The notes under the pieces are model-generated. The model ran no database searches. It had not been told where the DNA came from and saw only the letters and a list, made by a program, of their open reading frames with translations. Position numbers and translations under genes: made by a program. A stretch of DNA of 63,837 nucleotides, counting the filler, from Octopus bimaculoides (Eukaryota): NCBI RefSeq assembly GCF_001194135.2. It is 5 parts of 5 records of this genome, joined end to end, with 100 filler letters (N's around TTAATTAATTAA, not from the genome) between each part and the next. Parts side by side here need not be neighbours in the genome. Positions count along the whole stretch, not along the records: positions 41,024 to 56,182 come from NC_068983.1; positions 56,283 to 62,180 come from NW_026326131.1; positions 62,281 to 63,837 come from NW_026316157.1; 2 more parts are not named here. The stretch is one strand, 5' to 3'. Of this stretch, positions 53,701 to 63,837 are shown piece by piece. Every line of letters starts with the position of its first letter. Within the stretch, counting starts at the first letter, position 1.

Positions 53701-55104
53701 CAGCCACGCCTGCGAATATGCAATTCGCATATTCACATTCCGGGATAATAGGACGAATTAAGAATATACACGCTCGCCATCGTTCTGATTTACGTTTTTC
53801 ACCGTGCATATTGTGATTTATTTCCGTTTCATCGATATCAGTAAGCATCAGAAAATTGCTTGCTCAGTTGATAAACACGACCCACAAACACTTATTGGAT
53901 ACTTTAGGCGGCATATGTATGCGCGAATACATAACGATATCGAAGCTCTGAGTGAGCCAAACTACTTTTACGGTAAGGAATGAAATGTGTTATGAAGGTG
54001 AGTTTACCTTCCAATAACGGAATACAACAGCGATTAATGAATTCCAGTTCAAAGCTTCTGGAAGGTGTTAATAATGAAAGAGGGGGATTTATGGAAAATC
54101 TACGGTGTAAGTGAGAATAGTTGAAATTTGTGTTTATCTATTAAACACAAGCAAGGTAAATACTTCATGGCAGAGTTAAAAAGAAAATTAATAATTTCTC
54201 GTGATGAACCATGATGACACTATTGAGTGACCTAAATATTGCGGTTAAATCTACCACCTTTTATTGGAATACAGCAGCTAATAAGTCCCTCCAGAATACA
54301 ATCGCTCATATCACTGATGCAGACATTTAGAAGAGAAACAAAGAAAAAAAGCACTGAAATTTCAATAGGTGATCAGAAATTTCCTCCGGTCTATCGGATA
54401 TTCAGTTCAATCAATGACATATGGCTCAATGAGAAATCAACAACAACAACAAAAACCACAACAATGCGATCTCTATTAAGATCGACAAGGATGACGGAGC
54501 TACTACGCAATGTACTCAGGGTAAATAGAAATACGTAACAAAATTATCTCTCGTTGACGTCGTAAGAATTTATGAACTTTCGGGAGAGCGTGAAATAATT
54601 GCTTTTTGGAACACTGTATCTCGAAGCACACATAAATCTATGAACAATAGCATATAAATACTGAGTTGATAAAATCCATTTGGGATAAAATAGTCGAAGG
54701 CTACCCTCAGAGTACAAATCCACATCACCTGCAGATATGACAGACGTTCGGCCATTGGACCTAAGCATACTTTCGAATTTCACTGCCCATCTTAGGAACT
54801 TAATTCTTAAGAGTCAAAACTTTATGCTGCTGATGTCATAAAAAATTATAAATTCGCAAGATAGCGTAAAATACTTTTTGTGAATAAGGAATCTCGGAGA
54901 TTCCCACATACCCCACCTCTACCCGACCCTCAGCCTAACCCACACTCCACCCTTGCTTTGCCCACTCTCGCTTCCCCCACATCCCAACACCACCACACCA
55001 CACAACCATACCATACACCACCATACCACACAACACTATATCACATCACACCACCACGCACACACTGGCACTGACCACATGTTTGGTGTAATGTTCATCT
55101 TGAC

Positions 55105-55135
<31 letters not shown>

Positions 55136-55337
55136 TTGTATATATATATATATATATGTATTACCTTGACAATTGTTATCTGATTGCTTGCTTGAACACT
55201 CAAGAGAATACCTATGTCGTGTGACTTTCAGCCGAAGGAAATATCTGCTTAGAATCGTGTCCATGCGTTTGTGCATATGAGTATGTATATCTATTCCCCC
55301 TTCTTCATCTCATTCTTTTTTATATTTTATATATACA

Positions 55338-55775
55338 AGGCGCAGGAGTGGCTGTGTGGTAAGTAACTTACTTACAAACCACAAGGTTCCGGGTTCATTC
55401 CCACTGCGTTGCACCTTGGGCAAATGCCTTCTACTATAGCCTCGGGCCTACCAAAGACTTGTGAGTGGATTTCGTCGACGGAAACTGAAAGAAACCCATC
55501 GTATATATGTATATATATGTATATGTGTGTGTATGTGTGTGTTTGTGTGTGTGTGTGTTTATGTTTGTGCGTCTGTGTTTGTCCTCCCAACATCGCTTGA
55601 AAACCGATGGTGGTGTGTTTACGTCCCTTAACCCAGCGGTTCGACAAAAGAGAACGATAGAATAAGTACTAGGCTTACAAAGAATAAGTCTTGCGGTCGA
55701 TTTGCTGGACTAAAGGCGGTGCTACAACATGGCCGCAATCAAATGACTGAAAAAAGTAAAAGAATAAAAGAGTAA
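55338..55775 (+). mobile_element. SINE family B, full length
   Basis: ggcgcaggagtggctgtgtggtaag head through aaatgactgaaaaaagtaaaaga tail. Confidence 0.9.
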
Positions 55776-56182
55776 AAGAGATACATGCATACATACATAT
55801 ACATAGAAACATACATACATACATATATATATATTTATATACAAATACACTCGCACACACGCACACATATATATAGAGATATAAATTTTCTTATTTCTAA
55901 ATCTCTCTAAAAGAGACTACGGCAGCAGTACTGGGTATTAATAGTTATCGCCAAGCTAACACGGTAGTCCAGAAAAATGGGATGAATGCTGCCATTGATT
56001 AACTCCAGTATGCCATCACATCTGTCTATCTATGTGACACACAAAGCTGCATGAGGAAGCTAATGACCTCCGTTGTTCGAAGGTTGTAATGGACACATAC
56101 CTAGCTTGCAGCTGTCGAAGGATAATCTCAGCGGTTATGTCTTGCAGGCGATCTTGCCAAGATATATTCATTCGATGCTAGG

Positions 56183-56282
56183 NNNNNNNNNNNNNNNNNN
56201 NNNNNNNNNNNNNNNNNNNNNNNNNNTTAATTAATTAANNNNNNNNNNNNNNNNNNNNNNNNNNNNNNNNNNNNNNNNNNNN
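56183..56282. other. Artificial scaffold-joining linker
   Basis: 44N-TTAATTAATTAA-44N. Confidence 0.95.
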
Positions 56283-56720
56283 CATCATTTTTATCATCAT
56301 AATCATTATCATCATCATGATCGGCATTTTCATCATCATCATCATCATTATCATCATTTGGATCTTTATCATCGTCATCATGAGCATCACTCATGTTCAT
56401 CAACTTTATCAATGTTATTATCATTGTCATCACGAATGTAGGCTTTATCGTCATCATCATCAACATTATAATGAACACCATGATCTTCAACATCAGCCTC
56501 ATTATTTCCAGCATTACCATCATCATCCCAATCATCGTCCTCATCAACTGCATCATCATCATCATCTTCAGCATCTTCATCTTGAAGATAATGATGATTA
56601 TGATTATTATGTGGATGATCGTTATCATTAGCACTATCATCACCATTACCTGCATCATTTTCATCTAAGGACTCAGCGACCTCATATATTATTTCTAAAC
56701 ATGTCCCTTTTATAATGCAG

Positions 56721-56792
56721 ATATCTTAACTGGAATCAAATTAAAGACATCAAAGATGGATGGTTTGCAAATCTCTCCAATTTAAAAACATT
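56721..56792 (+). CDS. Leucine-rich-repeat exon A (72 nt, phase 2-2): (L)YLNWNQIKDIKDGWFANLSNLKT(L)
   Basis: ccttttataatgcag| acceptor, |gtaagt donor, open frame, typical 24-aa LRR. Confidence 0.9.
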
Positions 56793-58164
56793 GTAAGTTG
56801 CCTCTGTTTCATTCAGACTCTTTCACTCACGATATAATTCTCAATGTTTAATATTAAATCATTTGCCGATTTGTCTCATTCACNNNNNNNNNNNNNNNNN
56901 NNNNNNNNNNNNNNNNNNNNNNNNNNNNNNNNNNNNNNNNNNNNNNNNNNNNNNNNNNNNNNNNNNNNNNNNNNNNNNNNNNNNNNNNNNNNNNNNNNNN
57001 NNNNNNNNNNNNNNNNNNNNNNNNNNNNNNNNNNNNNNNNNNNNNNNNNNNNNNNNNNNNNNNNNNNNNNNNNNNNNNNNNNNNNNNNNNNNNNNNNNNN
57101 NNNNNNNNNNNNNNNNNNNNNNNNNNNNNNNNNNNNNNNNNNNNNNNNNNNNNNNNNNTGTCTTCTTCCTTTTATTCCCCCTGTTGTTCTTGTTCTTCCT
57201 CTTCTTCTTTTTCTCCCACCTATTCATCGCGTTTTCCTTCTTTTTCTTATTCTTTTATTGCTTCTGTTAATTTATAAGTATCATAATTATTATGATCATC
57301 ATCATCGTCATCATTATCTTCATCATCATGTTTGTTATTTATCATCATCAGCATCATTCTCATAAACATCATATTCATTATTGTCATCATAATTTTCATC
57401 GCCTGCGTCATCATTATCAACATTATTGTCTTTATCATCTTCTGTATCATCCTGATAATTTGAATTATCATAACCATTATTATCATCATCAACAGCATCT
57501 TTATCATCATCAGCGTCATAATCATCATCATCGGCATCATCACCTTTTTCTTCTTCCGTTGTTTCCTCTTATTCATCACGTTCTTCTACTTTTTCTACTT
57601 CATCTTATTTTATCTCTTCTATTAATTCATAATTATTATCATTATAATGATCATTATCATCTTCATCCTAATCACCTGATGATGATGCTAATGATCATGA
57701 TTATTATCTTTATCATCATCGTCATCATTATCAGCATCATCCTCATTAGAATCACCGTTTCCACCATTTTAATCATAAGCCACAGCCTCATTATAATGAA
57801 CATGATCATCATCATTTTCAACATCCTCATCATCATAATCATTGTCCTCATCAACTACATCTGCATCAACACCATCATTATCATCATCCTCATCATCATC
57901 ATCATCACTTTTATCATTGTCCCCATCATCACGATCATCATGATCATCATCGACGCCCTTGCCATCATCAAGATCACCGTTATAATCATCATCCTCACCA
58001 TCATAGTGATCAGAATCCCCATTATCATCACCATCTTCATATTCCTTTCTTCCTTATCCTCCTAATTATTCTCCATATTCCTCTCACTCTAATCACTCAA
58101 TATTGAACATTGTATCACGAAACTATTCTATATTATTTATAATCTTCTCCCCTTTATATTGCAG

Positions 58165-58236
58165 ATCTCTTCACCACAATCAAATTAAACACATCAAAGA
58201 TGTATGGTTTACAAATCTCTACAATTTAAAAGAATT
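58165..58236 (+). CDS. LRR exon B: (L)SLHHNQIKHIKDVWFTNLYNLKE(L)
   Basis: ttgcag| and |gtaagt; 72 nt; in frame. Confidence 0.9.
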
Positions 58237-59492
58237 GTAAGTTGCCTCTTCTGTTTTCTTCAGACTCTTTCACTCACGATATAATTCTCAGTGTTTGATA
58301 TTAAATCATTTGCCGATTTTTCTCATTCACATTAGTAAGATATATGTAAACTGCTTTCTTCTTCTTGCTTTCATTTTTCTTCTTATTATTATACTTATTC
58401 TTCTTCCTCTTTTTCTTCCTCCCTTCCCCTTCTGCTCCCTCTCCTCCTCCTCATTCTTCCCCTCCTCTCCTCCTCCTATTCATATTAATTCTTGTTCTAC
58501 AAATCTTTTTTTCTTCTTTTTCTTCTTCATCATCTTCCATCTCTCCTTCTCCTCCTCCTTTCTTCTCCTTCCTTCTTTTCTTCATCATCTTTACCTTGTT
58601 TTTCTTTTCCCTTCGCATCTCTTCCTTCTCGTTCTTCTTTCCTTTTTCTTGCTCACCGTCTTTTCGATTCTTCGTCATTTGATATTTATCAACATATTAT
58701 GATCATTAGCTTCATCTTCATTAACATCATCGCCATATTGTAATTCGCAGTGATAAAATTTTATCATCATCATCTTTGTCATTATCATGACCATTTCCTC
58801 ATCAATATAATCATTATCATTTTCATCATCATGATTTTCAACGAGATCAGCATTATAATCCTCATCATCGCCATCATCTTCATTATCATCAACATCATAA
58901 TAATCATTTCTTAAACATCAGCCTCAATATCATCTGCATTACCATCGTCATCACCATCATTATCAACATCACCATCATTATCATCATCACCATCATCATC
59001 ATCATCAGCGGCATCATCATCTTCAAAATCTTCGTCATGATGATAATGGTGATTATGATAATTATTATTATGATCATCATGAACATTATCATTATCCTTA
59101 CCTTTGCCAGCATCATTTTCCTCTGATGCACCAGCCAGGTAATAGTGAACATGATGGTAATATTCATCAACAACCTTATCATCATAATCATCGTTATCAT
59201 CAACTACATCTTCATCAACACGAGCATTATCATCCTCATCACCTTCACAATCGTCACCATCATCATGATCATTATCGTTAGACTTACTATCATCATGATC
59301 CCTATCATAATGATCATCATCACCATCATCGTCATAAGCATGCTCATAATCAACTTCATATTCCTTTCTTCCTTCTCCTCCTCCTAATTATTCTCCATAT
59401 TCCTCTCACTGTTATCACTCAGTATTGAATATTGTATCACGAAACTATTATTATATTATCTCATTTGAAAACTCCTCCCTTTCATAATGCAG

Positions 59493-59564
59493 AATTTTAT
59501 CATCGAACAGAATTACGGACATCGAAGATGGATCGTTTGCGAATCTCTACAATTTACGAAGATT
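59493..59564 (+). CDS. LRR exon C: (L)ILSSNRITDIEDGSFANLYNLRR(L)
   Basis: atgcag| and |gtaagt; 72 nt; in frame. Confidence 0.9.
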
Positions 59565-61146
59565 GTAAGTTGCCTCTGTTTTCTTCACACTCTTTCACTC
59601 ACGATATAATTCTCAATGTTTAATATTAAATCATTTGCCGATTTTTCTCATTCACATTCGTAAGACATATGTAATCTGCTTTCTTCTTGCTTTCATTCCT
59701 CTTCTTCTTCTTCTTCTTGCTCTACTACTCTTCTTTTTCTTCTCTTCCTCGTCCTTGTNNNNNNNNNNNNNNNNNNNNNNNNNNNNNNNNNNNNNNNNNN
59801 NNNNNNNNNNNNNNNNNNNNNNNNNNNNNNNNNNNNNNNNNNNNNNNNNNNNNNNNNNNNNNNNNNNNNNNNNNNNNNNNNNNNNNNNNNNNNNNNNNNN
59901 NNNNNNNNNNNNNNNNNNNNNNNNNNNNNNNNNNNNNNNNNNNNNNNNNNNNNNNNNNNNNNNNNNNNNNNNNNNNNNNNNNNNNNNNNNNNNNNNNNNN
60001 NNNNNNNNNNNNNNNNNNNNNNNNNNNNNNNNNNNNNNNNNNNNNNNNNNNNNNNNNNNNNNNNNNNNNNNNNNNNNNNNNNNNNNNNNNNNNNNNNNNN
60101 NNNNNNNNNNNNNNNNNNNNNNNNNNNNNNNNNNNNNNNNNNNNNNNNNNNNNNNNNNNNNNNNNNNNNNNNNNNNNNNNNNNNNNNNNNNNNNNNNNNN
60201 NNNNNNNNNNNNNNNNNNNNNNNNNNNNNNNNNNNNNNNNNNNNNNNNNNNNNNNNNNNNNNNNNNNNNNNNNNNNNNNNNNNNNNNNNNNNNNNNNNNN
60301 NNNNNNNNNNNNNNNNNNNNNNNNNNNNNNNNNNNNNNNNAACATCATTCTCATCATCATCATCGTCATCATCTTCATCATCACGATGTTCATCATCGTC
60401 CCCATCATTTTGTTATCTACAGCATAATTATCGTCATCATCATTATCATCGATACAAACTTCATCATAAATGTAACCCTATAACGTCATGATCAACATCA
60501 TCATTATGATCTTCATCACCATCCTAATCGTCATTATCATCAATTTCATTATCATCATCATCCTTATCATCATCATCATCAGCATCATCACAATCATTAC
60601 CATCATCATCATCACAATCATTACTATCATCATCATTTTCATCATCATATCATAATTACCATCCTCATCATAATTACCATCCTCATCATAATTACCATCC
60701 TCATCATCGTGAAGAGCTTCAACATTTTCAGCGTTTTCATGATGATGTTAAAGATTTTGATTATTATCTTTATCATCGCCATCATTATCATCTTCATCAC
60801 CATTTCCACCATCACTTTCCTCATAAGGAACAGCCTCATCATAACGAATATCATCATCATAATCATTTTCATCATCAACTCCATCTTCATCAACACCATC
60901 ATCATCACGTTCATCATTGACGTCATCATCATGCTCAGCATGATCATCATCGTCGTCCTTGCCATTATCAAGATCACCGTCATTATCATCATCTTCATCA
61001 GACTCCCCATCATCTTCACCATCTTCATATTCTTTTCTTCCTCATCCTCCTAATTATTCTCCACATTCCTCTAATCACTCAATATTGAACGTTGTATCAC
61101 GAATCTATTCTATATTATTTCTAATCTTCTCCCTTTTATAATGCAG

Positions 61147-61218
61147 AGAACTTTTCCGGAATCAAATCAAAGAAATCAGAGCTGGATCGTTTGCAAATCT
61201 CTACAATTTACGAAGATT
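61147..61218 (+). CDS. LRR exon D: (L)ELFRNQIKEIRAGSFANLYNLRR(L)
   Basis: atgcag| and |gtaagt; 72 nt; in frame. Confidence 0.9.
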
Positions 61219-61394
61219 GTAAGTTGCCTCTTCTGTTTTCTTCAGACTCTTTCACTCACGATATAATTCTCAATGTTAAACATTAAATCATTTACCGATT
61301 TTCCTCATTCACATTCGTAAGACTTATGTAACTTGCTTTCTTCTTTCTGCTTTCATTCTTCTTCTTGCTCAACTCCACTTTTTCTTCTTCCTTT

Positions 61395-61510
61395 TCTTTT
61401 TCTTCCATCGTACATCCTTCTTCTTTTTCTTCCATCGTACATCCTTCTTCTTTTTCTTCCATCGTACATCCTTCTTCTTTTTCTTCCATCGTGCATCCTT
61501 CTTCTTTTTC
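61395..61510. repeat. 27-bp minisatellite, about 4 copies, within an LRR intron
   Basis: tttttcttccatcgtacatccttcttc unit (MEEKEEGCT pseudo-ORF on the minus strand). Confidence 0.9.
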
Positions 61511-62101
61511 TTCTTTTTGTTCTGCTTCATCTTTATCCTCTTCTTTTTCTTCCTTCGCTCTTTCTTCTACTTCATTTTCTTATTTTTCTCTCACATATTC
61601 ATCGCGTTCATCACCTTCTTCTACATCTCCTACTTCTTAATGGTTATGATTATTGTCTTTATTATCATCGTCATCATTATTATCATCATCATAATCATCA
61701 TTAGCATCAACATTTCCACGCGCACTTCATTATAATCATCAGCCTCATCGTAATGAACAAGATCTTCATAATTATAAACATCCTCATCATCATAATCATT
61801 TTCATCATCAACTACACCCTCATCAACACCAGCGATATCATCATCATCACGTTCCTTATTGTCCCCATCATCATGATCGTCATCATCATAACCCTTTGCC
61901 ATCATCAAGGTCACCGTTATAATCAATATCGTCTCCATCAACTTCATCAGAATCCCCATCAGCAATACCATCTTCACATTCCTTTCTTCCTCCTCATCCT
62001 AATTAATCTCTACATTCCTCTCACTCTTATCACTCAATATTGAATATTGTATCACGAAACTATTCTATATTATTTCTAAACTTCTCCCTTTTATAATGCA
62101 G

Positions 62102-62173
62102 AAGTGTTTACGAAAATCTAATTACGGACATCAAAGATGGATCGTTTGCAAATCTCTACAATTTGACATATTT
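62102..62173 (+). CDS. LRR exon E: (L)SVYENLITDIKDGSFANLYNLTY(L)
   Basis: atgcag| and |gtaagt; 72 nt; in frame; the scaffold ends 7 nt later. Confidence 0.9.
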
Positions 62174-62180
62174 GTAAGTT

Positions 62181-62280
62181 NNNNNNNNNNNNNNNNNNNN
62201 NNNNNNNNNNNNNNNNNNNNNNNNTTAATTAATTAANNNNNNNNNNNNNNNNNNNNNNNNNNNNNNNNNNNNNNNNNNNN
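62181..62280. other. Artificial scaffold-joining linker
   Basis: 44N-TTAATTAATTAA-44N. Confidence 0.95.
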
Positions 62281-62321
<41 letters not shown>

Positions 62322-62323
<2 letters not shown>

Positions 62324-63790
62324 AGTGAATACTTTCAGTGCTGATATCAGAATGGAGTTCGGACTGAAAAAGTGTAGTGTGTTGATCTTGAAGGGAGGTA
62401 AAATCAAATATATGGACGGGCGATACCGTCGGGGTGGGATATGAAGCAGATAGAAGAGACGGGCTTGGGGATATTGGAAATGGATAAATTGATGGAGAAA
62501 GAAATGACAGAAAAATTTAAGGTAGAGTACTTGCGCAGACTGATACTAATCCTTAAGTCGAAATTAAACGGACGGAATAAGATTGAATCTATCAACACTA
62601 GGGCGGTTTCACTCCTCAGATATGGAGCAGAGGTAATCACATAGACAGCAGACGAACTAAACAGCTTAGATAGAAAGACAAGAAAGTTGATGACTAGATA
62701 TGGGATACTCCCCCGAAAAAGTGACACAGAGAGACTGTATGTACCAAGAAAAAGTGGGGGTAGCGGTTTGATCGGATGCGAACACAGCTTTAGAGCAGAA
62801 GACAAAAGCATAGCATGCTATGTAAGAAATGCCACAGAACCGCTATCATTGGAAGTAAGAAGGTCAGGCTTGTGTAGGATGGAAGATTATAAAGATAAAG
62901 CACTGTACAAGCACTTGAGAATGAATGAAACTGAAAATAGATGGATAAAGAAAAGAATGCATGGACAATTTCATAGGGATGTTGAAGATAAGACAGATAG
63001 AGAAAAAAGATGGCTATCTGTAACTAAAAGTGATTTAAAACCGGAAACGGAGGCTCTAATCTGTGCTCAGAAGAGCTAGCATTAAGAATTAATTACATGA
63101 AATACAGAATAGACAACATATCAGAAAGTGATTAGTGCAGAATTTGTGGACAAAATGGTGAAAACGTATGGCATATTACCAGTCAATGTACGCCATTAGC
63201 CCAGAAAGAATATAAGATACGTCATGACAATATAGCAAGAATTGTCCGATGGACACTTTGCAACAAGTATGGACTTGACAGAGCAAAAAGTGGTAGGAAC
63301 ATAAACCCGAAGGCATCATCGAAAATGATAATGCAGAGACAAGGGATTTTATGATTCAGTGCGACCATGAGATAAAGAATAGGAAACCAGACATAGTCTT
63401 CATTGAGAAAGAAAGCAAACGGTGCTGGAGCATAGATATACCATGCCCAGCTGACAACAAGGTATGCGATAAGGAAGAAAGAAAAGTTGATAGATATAAC
63501 AGGTTAGCTTGGGAGATTAAGCAGTTGTGGTCGCTGAAAAAGATGGTAATAGTACAAATAATTGTCGGAGCCCTGGGAATAATGAATAAAAATCTTGAGA
63601 AGTACGTGGAAAAAATAGACGCTGCAATAAGGGTGGAACACTTGGAGAAAACAGCACTGCTTGGAACCACTCGAATACTCCGGATGGTGCTCGAAAAATA
63701 AGGGGTGTTACCTTACTTCACTGGTAGTGAACAGCTGACACTGTATTACATCTGCAGCGTTAGAAGCTGTACAAAGACAATAAATAGCAA
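62322..63790 (+). mobile_element. 5'-truncated Dong/R4-type non-LTR retrotransposon in a (TAA)n tract; ORF disrupted
   Basis: RT tail (FSADIRMEFGLKKC, LKSKLNGRNKI..IN..AV, RLYVPRKSGG.GL, KRMHGQF, LKPETEALICAQ), CCHC-type knuckle (CRICGQNGENVWHITSQC), RLE (KPDIVF...IDIPCP..K..RY); (AAT)n on both sides. Confidence 0.92.
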
Positions 63791-63803
63791 TAACAACAAC
63801 AGC

Positions 63804-63837
<34 letters not shown>

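Larger units (their letters stand above)
56283..62180 (+). repeat. Tandem array of ~1-1.6 kb exon+intron units with (TTC)- and (ATC)-rich cryptic-repeat introns
   Basis: A ~300-bp unique block surrounding each exon recurs five times (exon starts 56721, 58165, 59493, 61147, 62102). Landmarks inside the ATC tracts (cagcctcat..taatgaaca, gccatcatcaag.tcaccgt, cagaatcccc) also recur. Confidence 0.93.

Noticed and set aside
54544-54783. Two overlapping open frames on the minus strand after a ctgcag acceptor
   Set aside because: No recognisable domain, and the region lies upstream of the candidate minus-strand promoter.
57247-62043. Long His/Ile-rich (+) and Met/Asp-rich (-) ORFs resembling acidic biomineralisation proteins
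   Set aside because: They lie inside the introns defined by the LRR exons, contain in-frame stops, and (ATC)n repeats stay open in several frames by default.
56283-62180. CRISPR-like repeat/spacer organisation of the tandem array
   Set aside because: Eukaryotic context; the conserved blocks are ~300-bp exon-containing units, not short direct repeats.

Overview
AT-rich, microsatellite-dense eukaryotic genomic DNA. The SINE families, Dong/R4 LINEs and microsatellite load suggest an octopus or other coleoid cephalopod (inference). Four identical 44N-TTAATTAATTAA-44N linkers show that the window concatenates five scaffolds (1-17426, 17527-40923, 41024-56182, 56283-62180, 62281-63837). Most non-gap sequence is transposon debris: tRNA-derived and MetaSINE-like SINEs, Dong/R4 and RTE LINE fragments, two dead mariners, Penelope-like remnants, a Helitron helicase remnant and several foldback elements. 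The only clearly supported host coding sequence is missing from the ORF track. It is five 72-nt, phase-2/2 leucine-rich-repeat exons on the + strand (56721-62173). Each exon lies in a tandemly duplicated ~1-1.6 kb exon+intron unit with (TTC)/(ATC) cryptic-repeat introns. The predicted concave-face residues differ in every repeat while the framework is nearly constant, and the array runs off both scaffold ends. Three minimal type-I hammerhead-ribozyme motifs are also visible (4742, 21349 on the minus strand, 45206), one with a compensatory U3:A8 core. Nearly all ORFs in the provided track are artefacts of microsatellites, N-gaps or low-complexity sequence. Repeat boundaries were read by eye and are approximate unless a TSD or splice site is given.
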